A stretch of 64,000 bases of DNA from an uncultured Actinomycetes bacterium. Its GTDB lineage: Bacteria; Actinomycetota; Thermoleophilia; Gaiellales; JAICJC01. The position numbers and the translations under genes were made by a program. The notes below the pieces were generated by a model. The model did no database searches. It was not told the origin of the DNA and worked only from the letters and a program-made list of their open reading frames with translations. Location of the stretch: contig CAVSFZ010000009.1 of assembly GCA_963727235.1 (NCBI GenBank), forward strand, positions 179,328 to 243,327. Direction: 5' to 3'. Each line of letters opens with the position of its first letter. Positions within the stretch are counted from its first letter, which is position 1. Below are positions 48,152 through 57,903 of the stretch, one piece after another.

Positions 48152-49522
48152 TCACGCTGAGGGAGCGATGTTGTGGTTGGAGCGGAACACGTTTTCGGGG
48201 TCGTAGGCTGCCTTCACGGCCTGCAGCCGAAGATACGCGGCGTCCCTGAACGCGGAGCGCACGCGCGCGTCGCCCTCGTCTCCAATCCAGTTCAGCCACA
48301 CTCCCGTCGAAGTGTGTGGGCGCAGATCGGCGCGCAAGCCCTGGATCCAGGCCCGTACCGCATCATCTTGCGACGGGTCCGACCAGAAGGCGCCGGGATG
48401 TACGACCCATTTGGTGTCGCGGCCGGTCAAGGGCGTGTCGTGATTGGGTCGGGTGACGGCGCCGCCCCAAGGCATCACCGCCAGCCAGCCGGGGCCGGCG
48501 GGCAGGTTGGCGGCGTGGCGTGTGACGATCTCGATCACTTCGTCGCTGAGCTGGGAAAGGTTCTCCGAGGTCATGTAGTTGCGGTAGCCGGGCGCGTCAT
48601 CCATGCTCGCGTTCAGCTCAGCCCAGGCGGTCTGCTCCACGAAGTCTGCGGCGGGTTGGCCGTAGGCCCTTATCGGTGCGAGGTCGCGTTCAGCGTCCTC
48701 CAGCGGGCCGCTGTGAGCGAGGTAGACGAGCGCGATTGGCTCGTCGTGGAGCTCCGCGGGGATGGCTTCGTCGTCGGGGCCGTACAGGTAGGCGAAGTAG
48801 CCGCCCACGTGTTCGGGAGCCGACTCCATGACATCCCGCAGGTTGCGCAGCACGGCCGGGCCTTGGGCGGCCGGGTAGACGAGGATTCCGCCGGTGACAG
48901 TCGGGCCCACGGGATACGCACGGAACGTGAGCTCGGTCACCACGCCGAAATTGCTGCCGCCACCGCGCAGCGCCCAGAACAGGTCGGAATGGGATTGTTC
49001 GTCGGCCCGGATCACCGCGCCGTCGGCGGTCACGATCTCGACCCCAAGCAGGTTGTCCACGGCAAACCCGAACCGCCGTTCCAGTGTGCCCGAGCCGCCG
49101 CCGAGGGTGAACCCAGCGATCCCGGTGGTGCTGACGCGGCCCGTGACGGTGGCCAGACCGTGCTCGCCCAGAGCACGGTCCACGGCTCCGGTCAGACAGC
49201 CACCGCCCGCGGTCACGGTGCGCCTTATTGGATCCACTGTGATCGCGTGGAGGTCACGCATGTCGAGTACCACGCCGCCCTCACAGATCGACCAACCGGC
49301 GGCCGAATGTCCGCCGCTGCGAGCGGACACCGGTATGCCGTTCTCGCGCGCGTGGCGGATGCCCCGCACGACATCGGCGATCGAGCGGCAGCGAATCACC
49401 ATTCGGGGAGTGCGCTCGATTGAGGCGTTGAAGAGGGTGCAGGTATCCTCAAAGCCGGCCTCTCCTGGCTCGAACAGCTCGCCCTCGAGCTGTGATCGAA
49501 GGGTTGCCTCGGTGGTACTCAT
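48152..49522 (-). CDS. FAD-binding oxidoreductase (berberine-bridge/VAO family)
   Basis: RSGGHS, TGIAGFTLGGG, DLFWALRGGGSNFGVVT, VKAAYDPENVF. Confidence 0.92.
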   Translation of the reverse strand: MSTTEATLRSQLEGELFEPGEAGFEDTCTLFNASIERTPRMVIRCRSIADVVRGIRHARENGIPVSARSGGHSAAGWSICEGGVVLDMRDLHAITVDPIRRTVTAGGGCLTGAVDRALGEHGLATVTGRVSTTGIAGFTLGGGSGTLERRFGFAVDNLLGVEIVTADGAVIRADEQSHSDLFWALRGGGSNFGVVTELTFRAYPVGPTVTGGILVYPAAQGPAVLRNLRDVMESAPEHVGGYFAYLYGPDDEAIPAELHDEPIALVYLAHSGPLEDAERDLAPIRAYGQPAADFVEQTAWAELNASMDDAPGYRNYMTSENLSQLSDEVIEIVTRHAANLPAGPGWLAVMPWGGAVTRPNHDTPLTGRDTKWVVHPGAFWSDPSQDDAVRAWIQGLRADLRPHTSTGVWLNWIGDEGDARVRSAFRDAAYLRLQAVKAAYDPENVFRSNHNIAPSA

Positions 49523-49864
49523 CGTGATCCTCCAACTGGTTGTGGGGGTCAGCTATGGGTGGTCGCGGAGTGCGGTCGATGATGCCAGAGCCGCAGACGC
49601 CTCGGCTCGCGGGCCGCGCAATCGCGGTCTGCCCCGCTGGGCGGAGTGGTGTGCAATCGGTCTGCAACGATGGCCTGGGCGAGTCGGGTTGCGATGCTGG
49701 GATGCATCTCGTGCTCCTTGCGATCGGCGTCGGGAAGACTGGGTCACAGTCTGCGCGATCGTGGCCGCCGCTCGCATCGGGAGGTTCCCCTCGACTTGTC
49801 GGGCGCAGAGGCGGGTCGGCTAGGGGTACCCCCGCGAGCGGGTGGGAGATGGGACAATCGCGGC

Positions 49865-52546
49865 GTGATCGTCGGCAGACAGCACGAGTTGGCCGAGTTG
49901 GAGGCAGCGCTGGGAGATGCGCGCGACTCCCGGGCGCGGCGCGTGGCCCTGGTTGGCGACGCCGGGATCGGCAAGACCACCCTGCTGGAGAGCACCCATC
50001 GTGCCGCCTCCGACATGACCGTGCTGACGGCACGCGGCGTCGAGTCCGAGGCCGAGCTACCTTTTGGGGTGTTGCTCGACCTGCTGCGGCCCCTGGTCGG
50101 TCTGATCGGGGAACTCGCCGACCCGTTGGCGCGTGCCCTGCGCCGCGCCTTGGCGCTCGAGTCGGGGGACGCGGGTGACCGCTTCGCGGTGGGCGCCGGC
50201 ACTCTGGCGCTGCTCGCCGCCGCAGCGGAACGAACGCCACTGTTGGTAGTGGTGGACGATCTGCACTGGGCCGATGCCTCCTCGCGGTCGGCGGTGCTGT
50301 TCGCTGCCCGGAGGCTGGACGCCGACGCTGTGGCGGTGCTAGTCGCGCTGCGTGATGACGGCACGGTCGCCGACAGCGAGCTGACCGGGTTCGATCGGCT
50401 GGTCGTGTCGGGACTCGGGCTCGAGGCCGCTGCCGCCATCGTGGGTGCATCCAGAGCTCAGGCGGCGCTCGACCTGACCGGCGGCAATCCGCTGGCGCTG
50501 GGGCACATCGGAGCGGATGCCGAGCTCGATCTGGTACCGACCCCAGTGCCGCTGCCGCAGCGGCTTTCGGAGGGCTACACGCGAGCGCTGGAGATGCTGT
50601 CCGCGAGCAGCCGCTCGGCCTTGCTCGTGGCCGCAGCGGATGACGAGGGTACTGTGAACATCGTCACCCGTGCCCTGAGCGAGGCCGATGGTTCGCTTTC
50701 CGATCTACAACAGGCCGAGGACGCTCGTTTGGTGCTGCTGATCGGCGGACGCATCGAGTTCATCCATCCGCTGGTGCGCTCCGCCGCCTACCACGCCGCA
50801 CTCCCCACCGAGCGGCGCGCCGCGCACGCGGCGCTGGCCAGCGCTTACGCCGAGACAGGCGATGAGACGCGCCACGCCTGGCACACGGCGGCGGCCGCCG
50901 CGGGTCCCGACGAGGAGGCGGCGGAGGCATTGGAGCGGCTGGGGGTGGCGGCGGCGCGGCGGGCCGCCTACACCACGGCCGCGCGCGCCTTTGAGCGCTC
51001 CGCCGCACTCACACCCGCCGGTGGCGACCCAGCCCGGCGCCTGCTGCAAGCGGCGGAGTCCGCCTGGCACGGGGGACAGGCTGGCGCGGCCGCCGCGCTG
51101 GCTCATAGGGCCCGCGACACCACCGATGACGTGCGGCTGCGCGGGAACGCCACGATGATATGGGGCCGCGTCGCCACAACAATCGGCGATGACCCGACCG
51201 CAATCTGCGAGCTACTCGAGCAGGACGCCGCTGCGCTGGCCGGGGCAGATCCTCTGACCGCGTCCCTGATGCTGGCTCAAGCCAGCGATCGCGCCTACTT
51301 TGGCGCCGCCGATGTCGAACTCTCGCAGCGGCTAGCCGATCTGGCCTATCGGTTGGCCGGTGATCGGCCGCATCCGCGGGTGACGCAGGTCAAGGCCTGG
51401 CATCTCATCCGAACCGGTCAGACTGAGGCCGGGGTAGCGATGATGAGTCGGGCGTGTGACCAGACACTGCTGGCGGGGCCCGATGATCCGAGCCACCTGT
51501 TCGATGCAATGTACATGCAGGTGTGGGCGGGCGACCTGCGCGCGTCAGTAGCCCTCGGTGAGCGTGCTGAACGCGCCGCCCGCGCCCGAGCGGATGTCGG
51601 TCTGCTGCCCGAGATCCTCGGGGAAACCGGCGCGACGAGTCTCTTGTGCGACGGCCAATGGGACACCGGTCTGGCCATGCTGACCGAGGCTCTGCAACTC
51701 GCGCGCGAGACCGGCCAGACGCTGACCACGGCATACTTGTCTGCGTCCCACGCCATGATCTTCGCCCAGGTGGGAGACACCGAACGGTTACGTGAGGCGA
51801 TTGCCGAGGCGGAGCCGCATCGTGGTATTCGTATCTACTGTGACATCGGAATCGCGCATGCCCGGGCTCTTCTTGCGCTGTCGCGCGGCGAGTTCGAAGC
51901 GGCGCTGGCACCCTTCCCCGCCTCAGCACGCACGTTCGACACGTGGTGGGGGTGGAGCAGTGAGAGGATCGAGGCGCTCGCCCACCTGAGCCGAGCCGAG
52001 GAGACGCGGGCGGCTATCGAGGACGCCGCAGCGGTGATGACGATGCCTTTTTCCCGCGCGCGGCTCGACCGCTGCCGCGGGCTGGTTGCCCGCGAGGACG
52101 AGTACGCCGAGCCACTGCAGCGCTCTATCGAGACCTTCGCCTCGCTCGGGGCGGAGTTCGAGCGTGCCCGCAGTGAGCTGTACTTGGGCGAGCGCCTGCG
52201 TCGGGTCGGTCAGCGGGTCGCCGCCCGCGAGCATCTGCGCGCCGCGCTGGAGGTGTTCGAGGGTACCGGCAGCAAACCGTGGGCGGAGCGGGCCCGCCGC
52301 GAACTGGCCGCCAGCGGTGAGCGTCGCCGCCGGCTCCAGGGGGTGGACGACGAGCTGACTCCCCAGGAGCGCCAAATATCTCAACTGGTGGCCGAGGGGC
52401 GCACCAACCGGGAGGTCGCATCGCTGGTCTTCCTCAGCCCCAAGACGGTGGAAGCGCACCTGGGCCGCGTCTACAGAAAGCTTGGAATCGGCTCGCGACA
52501 AGAGCTAGCGAATGCGCTGGTACACGTCGACCCGTCGCACGGCTGA
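49865..52546 (+). CDS. large ATP-binding LuxR family (LAL) regulator
   Basis: VGRQHEL, GDAGIGKTTLL, VVDDLHWAD, GGNPLAL, C-terminal LTPQERQI..LVAEGRTNREVA. Confidence 0.9.
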   Translation: MIVGRQHELAELEAALGDARDSRARRVALVGDAGIGKTTLLESTHRAASDMTVLTARGVESEAELPFGVLLDLLRPLVGLIGELADPLARALRRALALESGDAGDRFAVGAGTLALLAAAAERTPLLVVVDDLHWADASSRSAVLFAARRLDADAVAVLVALRDDGTVADSELTGFDRLVVSGLGLEAAAAIVGASRAQAALDLTGGNPLALGHIGADAELDLVPTPVPLPQRLSEGYTRALEMLSASSRSALLVAAADDEGTVNIVTRALSEADGSLSDLQQAEDARLVLLIGGRIEFIHPLVRSAAYHAALPTERRAAHAALASAYAETGDETRHAWHTAAAAAGPDEEAAEALERLGVAAARRAAYTTAARAFERSAALTPAGGDPARRLLQAAESAWHGGQAGAAAALAHRARDTTDDVRLRGNATMIWGRVATTIGDDPTAICELLEQDAAALAGADPLTASLMLAQASDRAYFGAADVELSQRLADLAYRLAGDRPHPRVTQVKAWHLIRTGQTEAGVAMMSRACDQTLLAGPDDPSHLFDAMYMQVWAGDLRASVALGERAERAARARADVGLLPEILGETGATSLLCDGQWDTGLAMLTEALQLARETGQTLTTAYLSASHAMIFAQVGDTERLREAIAEAEPHRGIRIYCDIGIAHARALLALSRGEFEAALAPFPASARTFDTWWGWSSERIEALAHLSRAEETRAAIEDAAAVMTMPFSRARLDRCRGLVAREDEYAEPLQRSIETFASLGAEFERARSELYLGERLRRVGQRVAAREHLRAALEVFEGTGSKPWAERARRELAASGERRRRLQGVDDELTPQERQISQLVAEGRTNREVASLVFLSPKTVEAHLGRVYRKLGIGSRQELANALVHVDPSHG

Positions 52547-52690
52547 GCGCTCTGGGTAGCTCACAACGCTAGGCCTCCAACCGGCCGTTCCGTGCACTGA
52601 GACTCTGGCTCGCGTTCCGCGCGCACGGTGATCGCCGAGACGTGACGTAGCCTAGCGCCGGGTTCAGCAGTTCCTCCCGTAGCCGGCCGG

Positions 52691-53470
52691 CTACGGGAGG
52701 CTACGGCGCACGGAGTTGGGCGACTTGCGTGCAGATGGTGCGGCGCTCAGGCCAACCACCCAGTCGTAGGTGGCCTCGACGTGCCGTAGTGTGGCCTCAC
52801 GAGCGGCGATGGGGTCGCGGTCGTGGATCGCCGCCAGGATCGGTTCGTGCCCGCCGGTCGAGGCGCGCCTGGCGCGGACCGGAGCCGGAATCGCTGCCAG
52901 CATCTCGCCCAGTTCGGCCTGGATGGCGGTCTCGGCGGTCGCCAGCCGTGGGCTGCCACTGGCCTCGGCGACGGCCAGGTGAAAGCGGCTGTCGGCGAGC
53001 CGAAACGCCGGGAAGCTCTCATCGGCCTGGCGGGTCGCCGCATCCGCAAGCCGGTCGAGCTCGGCGAGCTGGTCGGCATCGGTGCGCTCCGCGGCAAGTG
53101 CCGCCGCCTCGCCCGATACCGCCCGCCGCCAGTCGCTAACCTCTCGCAGCCATTGCCGGTCCAACCGCCGGCTGCGTGCGGCCAGCGCGCCGACCACGTT
53201 CGCGGACACGAACGTGCCGCCGTTCTTCCCCCTCCGCGTCTCCACCATACCGGCCTCCCGCAGGATCGCGATCGCCTGGCGGAGCGTCATCGGCGCCACG
53301 ACCAGCATCGTTGCCAGCTCGAGTTCGCTGGGGAGCTGCTCGCCGGGAGCCAGCACGCCGCTGCCGATCGCCTCACCGATGCGCCGGACGATCAGCTCGC
53401 TGGCGTTGGGCGCACGCAGTGGGGCGAACGTGCGAGCATGCGGTGGACTGTGAGAGGTGAGCTTTGACAC
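52691..53470 (-). CDS. FadR/GntR family transcriptional regulator (FCD domain)
   Basis: LPSELELA..L.VAPMTLRQA, RRGKNGGTFV, DSRFHLAVAEASGS. Confidence 0.9.
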   Translation of the reverse strand: MSKLTSHSPPHARTFAPLRAPNASELIVRRIGEAIGSGVLAPGEQLPSELELATMLVVAPMTLRQAIAILREAGMVETRRGKNGGTFVSANVVGALAARSRRLDRQWLREVSDWRRAVSGEAAALAAERTDADQLAELDRLADAATRQADESFPAFRLADSRFHLAVAEASGSPRLATAETAIQAELGEMLAAIPAPVRARRASTGGHEPILAAIHDRDPIAAREATLRHVEATYDWVVGLSAAPSARKSPNSVRRSLP

Positions 53471-53472
53471 GA

Positions 53473-53495
53473 TAAACGCTAGCCGTTAGGGTTTA
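53473..53495. promoter_or_regulatory. candidate operator between the divergent gntR and GS-like genes
   Basis: Inverted repeat TAAACGCTA-N5-TAGGGTTTA (8/9 match) in a 49-bp intergenic gap. Confidence 0.5.
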
Positions 53496-53519
53496 GTGCG
53501 CACACACCAGGGAGCGTAC

Positions 53520-54926
53520 ATGGCCGACCCCTCAGATACCGCGGTAGACCACCATCTCGAGCTGACCGCAAGTGAGCTTGCCGACGTCACTGCGCAGGTA
53601 CGAGAGTCGGGAGTTGAGCACATCTACTACCAGTTCGTGACGCTGTCGGGTCGCGTGATGGCCAAGGTTGTGCCGGTAAGACATCTGTCGCGGAACCTCG
53701 AGAAGGGTGTGCAGTTTCACGGGTCGGCAATCACCGACTTCGTATCCAGTCGTCAAGGGAACCTGATTGCAAGTGGCGCCGACGCCGAGGAGTTCCTGGC
53801 GCTGCCGGACAGCTCGACGTTCGCGGTGCTGCCGTGGGCACCGAACGTGGGGCGGTTCTTCTGCAATCTGTATCGCAGGCGCGACTCTGCCACCGACCCT
53901 GGAGCGCCGCTTGCGACCTGCGTCCGCACCACGCTGCGGGATGCGCACGAGCGGTTTCACCGCCTCACCGGCCTCGAGCTTCGGTCGGGGTGCGAGCCGG
54001 AGATGAGTTGGTTCGGCGACGGCATCGAGCCGCACATCCTGCCGAATTCTTCACCTGCATATCACATGGGTGCGCTCGAAATGATGCGACCGATCGCGCA
54101 GCGCGTCGTCGGATACGCGCAGGCGATGGGGCTGGACATGATCGAGGGTGACTACGAGGACACCGGGCAGCTCGAGCTCAACTTCCAGTACGACCGCTGT
54201 GACCTGACCTCCGATCGGCTGGTCACCTATCGGTTGATCTGCTCCCAGGTGGCCAGGGAGTTCGGGGTGGTGGCGAGCTTTATGCCCAAACCGCACGTCG
54301 GCTCGATGGCAAACGGCTGCCACCACAACCTCAGCCTCTGGCGTGACCAGGAAAATGTGTTCTTGGAGCCGGGGCGGCAGGATCTGCACCTGTCACAGGC
54401 GGCACGCCACGCCCTGGGTGGGCTACTCGAGCACGCCTCGGGGATGCTGGCCCTGCTCGCTCCCACGGTCAACTCCTACGCCCGCTACTGGGATCTCGGC
54501 CAGTTTGCACCGTCGATGGTGAACTGGGGCTATGACAACCGAACGTGTGCGGTGCGTGTCAGCGCCAGCGGCAGACTCGAGCTCAAGCTGCCCGACGCCA
54601 TGGTCAACCCGTACCTGTCGCATACCGTGATCTTGGCGGCGATCGCCGACGGACTCGAGCGCAGCGTCGACCCGGGGCCGCCCCAGAGCCACAGTTCCTA
54701 CGACCAGGCGGTGGCGGACGCGGCGCAGACCCCAGATGGATTCGCCCGGCTCCCGCGGACGCTCGGCGAGGCGCTGTCTGCACTTGCCGCCGACAGAGTG
54801 GTGCGTGACGCGCTGCCGCCGCCGCTTTACCAGGCGTTCGCCGCCGCCAAGACCGACGAGTGGGAACGCTTCTGCGGCACGGTCACCGAGTGGCACCGCG
54901 AGATGTACCTGCAGGCGATCCCATGA
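53520..54926 (+). CDS. glutamine synthetase family protein, probable gamma-glutamyl-amine ligase
   Basis: GCEPE, QLELN, FMPKP, NGCHHNLSL, NSYAR, WGYDNRT, RLELKLPD..NPYL; canonical GYEAP loop replaced by GQFAP. Confidence 0.88.
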   Translation: MADPSDTAVDHHLELTASELADVTAQVRESGVEHIYYQFVTLSGRVMAKVVPVRHLSRNLEKGVQFHGSAITDFVSSRQGNLIASGADAEEFLALPDSSTFAVLPWAPNVGRFFCNLYRRRDSATDPGAPLATCVRTTLRDAHERFHRLTGLELRSGCEPEMSWFGDGIEPHILPNSSPAYHMGALEMMRPIAQRVVGYAQAMGLDMIEGDYEDTGQLELNFQYDRCDLTSDRLVTYRLICSQVAREFGVVASFMPKPHVGSMANGCHHNLSLWRDQENVFLEPGRQDLHLSQAARHALGGLLEHASGMLALLAPTVNSYARYWDLGQFAPSMVNWGYDNRTCAVRVSASGRLELKLPDAMVNPYLSHTVILAAIADGLERSVDPGPPQSHSSYDQAVADAAQTPDGFARLPRTLGEALSALAADRVVRDALPPPLYQAFAAAKTDEWERFCGTVTEWHREMYLQAIP

Positions 54927-56140
54927 CGCTTTCGATCGAGACCGCAGACGTCCCGTACTTCAACGTTTCCGACCCGTTCTTCTCGGCCTCGTCCGAGCAG
55001 GTCCGCGCCGCTCGCGCCGACAGCTGGTTCGCCCGCACCAACTTCGGACTGGCCGTGCTGCGCTACGACGAGGTCAGCGCACTGCTGAAGGACAGGCGGC
55101 TGCGGCAGGGCAGCTTCGCATGGCCCGCCCAGAACGGGATCGAGCAGGGGCTGCTGTCCGAATGGTGGTCGGAAATCATGCTGAGCAAAGAGGGCGAGGA
55201 TCACCGCCGCCTGCGCAAGCTCGGGAACCCCGCGTTCTCGCGCACGCTGGTCGAGCGGATGGTGCCCGAGTTCCAGGAGCTGGCAAACGAGCTGATCGAC
55301 GGCTACGCCGAAGGCGGGCGCTGCGAGTTCGTCTCGCAGTTCGCCGAACCCTACGCCGCCCGCGTGCTGTGCAAGCTGGTGGGCATGGACGAGGGTCACT
55401 GGCGTGACCTGGCGCGCTGGTCGACAGACCTTGGGCTCGCCTTTGGCGTCACCATTCGCGACGACCTCAAGCGAATCGAAGCGGCCCTCACCAACCTCTA
55501 CGCCGTGTCCGACGAGCTGATCGCACAGCGACGAACCCACCCAGGCGACGACGTCGTCTCCAACCTGGTACAGGCCCACGACAGCCACGACGGTCGGCTT
55601 TCCGACGTCGAGCTGCGAGCGATGGTCTCGCTGATCATCTTCGGCGGCATGGACACCACCAAGAATCAGCTCGGCCTGGCGATGCAACTCTTCGTCGAGC
55701 ACCCCGACCAGTGCGTACTCCTCGCCGAAAAGCCCGAACTTGGCGCAAATGCCGTGGAGGAGCTGATCCGCTGGAACCCGACAGTGATGTGGGCGACCCG
55801 GCGCAGCACCGAGGAGATGGAGTTCCGGGGTCTCACCATCCCGGAGGGGACAACCATCCATCTGCTGTCGTACCCGGCCAACACAGACCCGCTGGCGATT
55901 GGTGAGGGCCAAGTCTTCGACATCACCGCCGAGCGCCCCTCCCACTTTGGCTTCGGTGGAGGCGCCCACCACTGCATCGGCCATTGGCTGGCACGCATCG
56001 ACATGCGCGAGGCGCTGCCGCTGATCGCGCGACGCATGCGGAACCCCCACTACGAGCGGCCGCCGGTGATGCGTCCGGTCAGCGGGCTGACCGGCCCCGT
56101 AGAGCTTTCGATTCGGTTCGACCCGGAGGTGCAGCCGTGA
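54923..56140 (+). CDS. cytochrome P450
   Basis: HRRLRKL, GGMDTT (I-helix), EELIR (ExxR), FGGGAHHCIG (heme Cys); ATGA overlap with the GS gene. Confidence 0.95.
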   Translation: MTLSIETADVPYFNVSDPFFSASSEQVRAARADSWFARTNFGLAVLRYDEVSALLKDRRLRQGSFAWPAQNGIEQGLLSEWWSEIMLSKEGEDHRRLRKLGNPAFSRTLVERMVPEFQELANELIDGYAEGGRCEFVSQFAEPYAARVLCKLVGMDEGHWRDLARWSTDLGLAFGVTIRDDLKRIEAALTNLYAVSDELIAQRRTHPGDDVVSNLVQAHDSHDGRLSDVELRAMVSLIIFGGMDTTKNQLGLAMQLFVEHPDQCVLLAEKPELGANAVEELIRWNPTVMWATRRSTEEMEFRGLTIPEGTTIHLLSYPANTDPLAIGEGQVFDITAERPSHFGFGGGAHHCIGHWLARIDMREALPLIARRMRNPHYERPPVMRPVSGLTGPVELSIRFDPEVQP

Positions 56141-56325
56141 AAGTGCTCGTCAACGAACAGACCTGCGAACACCATGGACAATGCGAGATCGTCTGCCCCG
56201 AGGTCTTCGAACTGATCGGCACCAGCGAACTTCGCCACACGGCCAACCCGGACGAGTCGCTGCGCGCAGACGCCGAGGCTGCAGCGGATGCCTGCCCGAC
56301 CGCCTCGATCTCGATCGTGGACTGA
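56137..56325 (+). CDS. [3Fe-4S]-type ferredoxin
   Basis: CEHHGQC…CP…ACPTASI; GTGA overlap with the P450 gene. Confidence 0.92.
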   Translation: MKVLVNEQTCEHHGQCEIVCPEVFELIGTSELRHTANPDESLRADAEAAADACPTASISIVD

Positions 56326-56352
56326 CGCCAGCGCCATCGTACCCCTGCAACG

Positions 56353-56382
56353 CAGAAACCCCCGCAAATGCAGGGGTTTCTG
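56353..56382. terminator. palindromic hairpin (terminator/REP-like), copy 2
   Basis: CAGAAACCCCCGC-AAAT-GCAGGGGTTTCTG between the ferredoxin stop and the tRNA-fragment 3' end. Confidence 0.7.
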
Positions 56383-56386
56383 TCCA

Positions 56387-56439
56387 TGCGCTGGAGAGGA
56401 CTTGAACCTCCACGACCCTACGGGTCACAAGGCCCTCAA
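56387..56439 (-). mobile_element. 3' half of tRNA-Leu(GAG); att-site remnant of an integrative element
   Basis: Minus strand TTGAGGG-CCTTG-T-GACCC(GTA)GGGTC-GT-GGAGG(TTCAAGT)CCTCT-CCAGCGC-A gives anticodon loop, variable arm, T arm and acceptor strand; no 5' half. Confidence 0.82.
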
Positions 56440-56532
56440 TCGCGCGATGCGGGCGGGTTTGGCTCCCAGAGCGAGCCTCAGTTCACGGTCCGCCTATGCA
56501 AACAGACGCTTCGGACGAATCGGACGGGGAAA

Positions 56533-56554
56533 CTGTTACCACGCTGTTACCACG
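56533..56554. repeat. tandem 11-bp direct repeat, candidate integrase arm-type sites
   Basis: CTGTTACCACG x2, about 95 bp inside the tRNA fragment. Confidence 0.6.
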
Positions 56555-56929
56555 GGTCGACCCAAATGGTGCGAAGCGCCGCGACCGGCCCCAACCTCTG
56601 GCGTCGCGTAGCCGGCCGTGACGTAAAGTCTTCCACCCCTGTCCCGAGGTTTCGCCGGCGCGCGGCTTCTCCTAATCGGTTTAGCAGGTGATCTCTTTGC
56701 GGGAGAGGCTGCCGCGGCGAACGGTGTACATCGGGCTAACCTTTGCCACCGCGACGAACGGACCCGGCCGGTCACATCGAAACACGGCAGGAAGCGAGAA
56801 CTGTTTCTGGGAGCCGGGTGAGTAGGCGGTCGCCAGCCCACCTGTCATCAGCCCAGTCACCGATCACCTTCCCCGTTCGATCACTAATCGTCAGGTGAAA
56901 CCAACCAGTGTCGAACAGACATCGCATAG

Positions 56930-57256
56930 GTTGTTGTCGTTGGTTGTGGCACTGCCGGGGAAGGTTCGACGTCGGCTAAGGCGCTGGTTTCTGCGGCGAT
57001 GTTGAAGGAGGCCCGGGCGGGAGGCTTTCAGAAGCCGCCGGCGGGCGAGCATTACGAGGCGCCGGTGGAGTGTCGGGTTGACCAGCCTGGTGCGTTTGGT
57101 GGGGACGACATCTTCTTGTGCAAGATTGCGCTTTCGGGATCGCCGCAGGGGTTCTTGTATGAGTGGGGGGCGTGGGCGGATGGGCAGCTGCATACGCATG
57201 CGACTGATCCGAAGAGGATCCCGACGATCACGGGGTCGTTTGACCCGCCCTGGTAG
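56930..57256 (+). pseudogene. probable degenerate lipoprotein gene
   Basis: Frame of ORF 56999-57256 extends back to lipobox-like VVVVGCG, with an in-frame TAG at 56927 where the signal peptide should continue. Confidence 0.35.
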
Positions 57257-57282
57257 GCGCCGATGCTGTGGGGCAGTAGCGT

Positions 57283-57894
57283 GTGTCTGATATGGGCGTT
57301 ACGGCAGATCCGGTACGGCATGCTGCGCTGACTCGCCGCGGCTTGTGGCTTGAGTACACGACTCTCTCTTGGAATGTCGTGGGGAGTGTGATCGTGCTGA
57401 CTGCGGCGGTGGTGGCGCGGTCGGTTGCGTTGGCGGGCTTTGGGCTTGATTCGCTGATTGAGATCCTGGCTTCGGCGGTGGTTATTTGGCAGCTTCGCGG
57501 TGCGGATCAGGGTCGTGAGCAGCGGGCGATGCGGATTATCGGCTGGGCGTTCATCGCGCTTGCCGTCTACATCACCATCCAGTCTCTGTACGTGCTCGTG
57601 GCGGCTGCCAAGCCGCATCCGTCGACACTCGGCATTGCGTGGCTGGCGGTGACGGTTGTGGCGATGCTCGCACTTGCCGCCGGTAAGGATCGGACAGGTC
57701 GTGAGCTTGGCAACGCGGTGCTTGAGACTGAGGCGCGGGTGACGTTGATAGACGCGGCGCTCGCTGCCGCCGTGCTTACGGGGCTCGTGCTGAACTCGGC
57801 ATTCGGCTGGTGGTGGGCCGATCCCCTCGCGGGGTTTGTGATCGTCTACTACGGCATCCGCGAGGGACGCGAGGCACTCGCCCACGGGAGGTAG
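57283..57894 (+). CDS. CDF-family cation transporter (lacking C-terminal domain)
   Basis: LEYTTLSWNVV, SVALAGFGLDSLIE, GWWWADPLAG. Confidence 0.85.
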   Translation: MSDMGVTADPVRHAALTRRGLWLEYTTLSWNVVGSVIVLTAAVVARSVALAGFGLDSLIEILASAVVIWQLRGADQGREQRAMRIIGWAFIALAVYITIQSLYVLVAAAKPHPSTLGIAWLAVTVVAMLALAAGKDRTGRELGNAVLETEARVTLIDAALAAAVLTGLVLNSAFGWWWADPLAGFVIVYYGIREGREALAHGR

Positions 57895-57903
57895 GTTCGA
57901 GGA

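Noticed and set aside
56387-56470. Intact tRNA-Leu gene
   Set aside because: No D arm or 5' acceptor strand upstream of the anticodon loop; only a 3' fragment.
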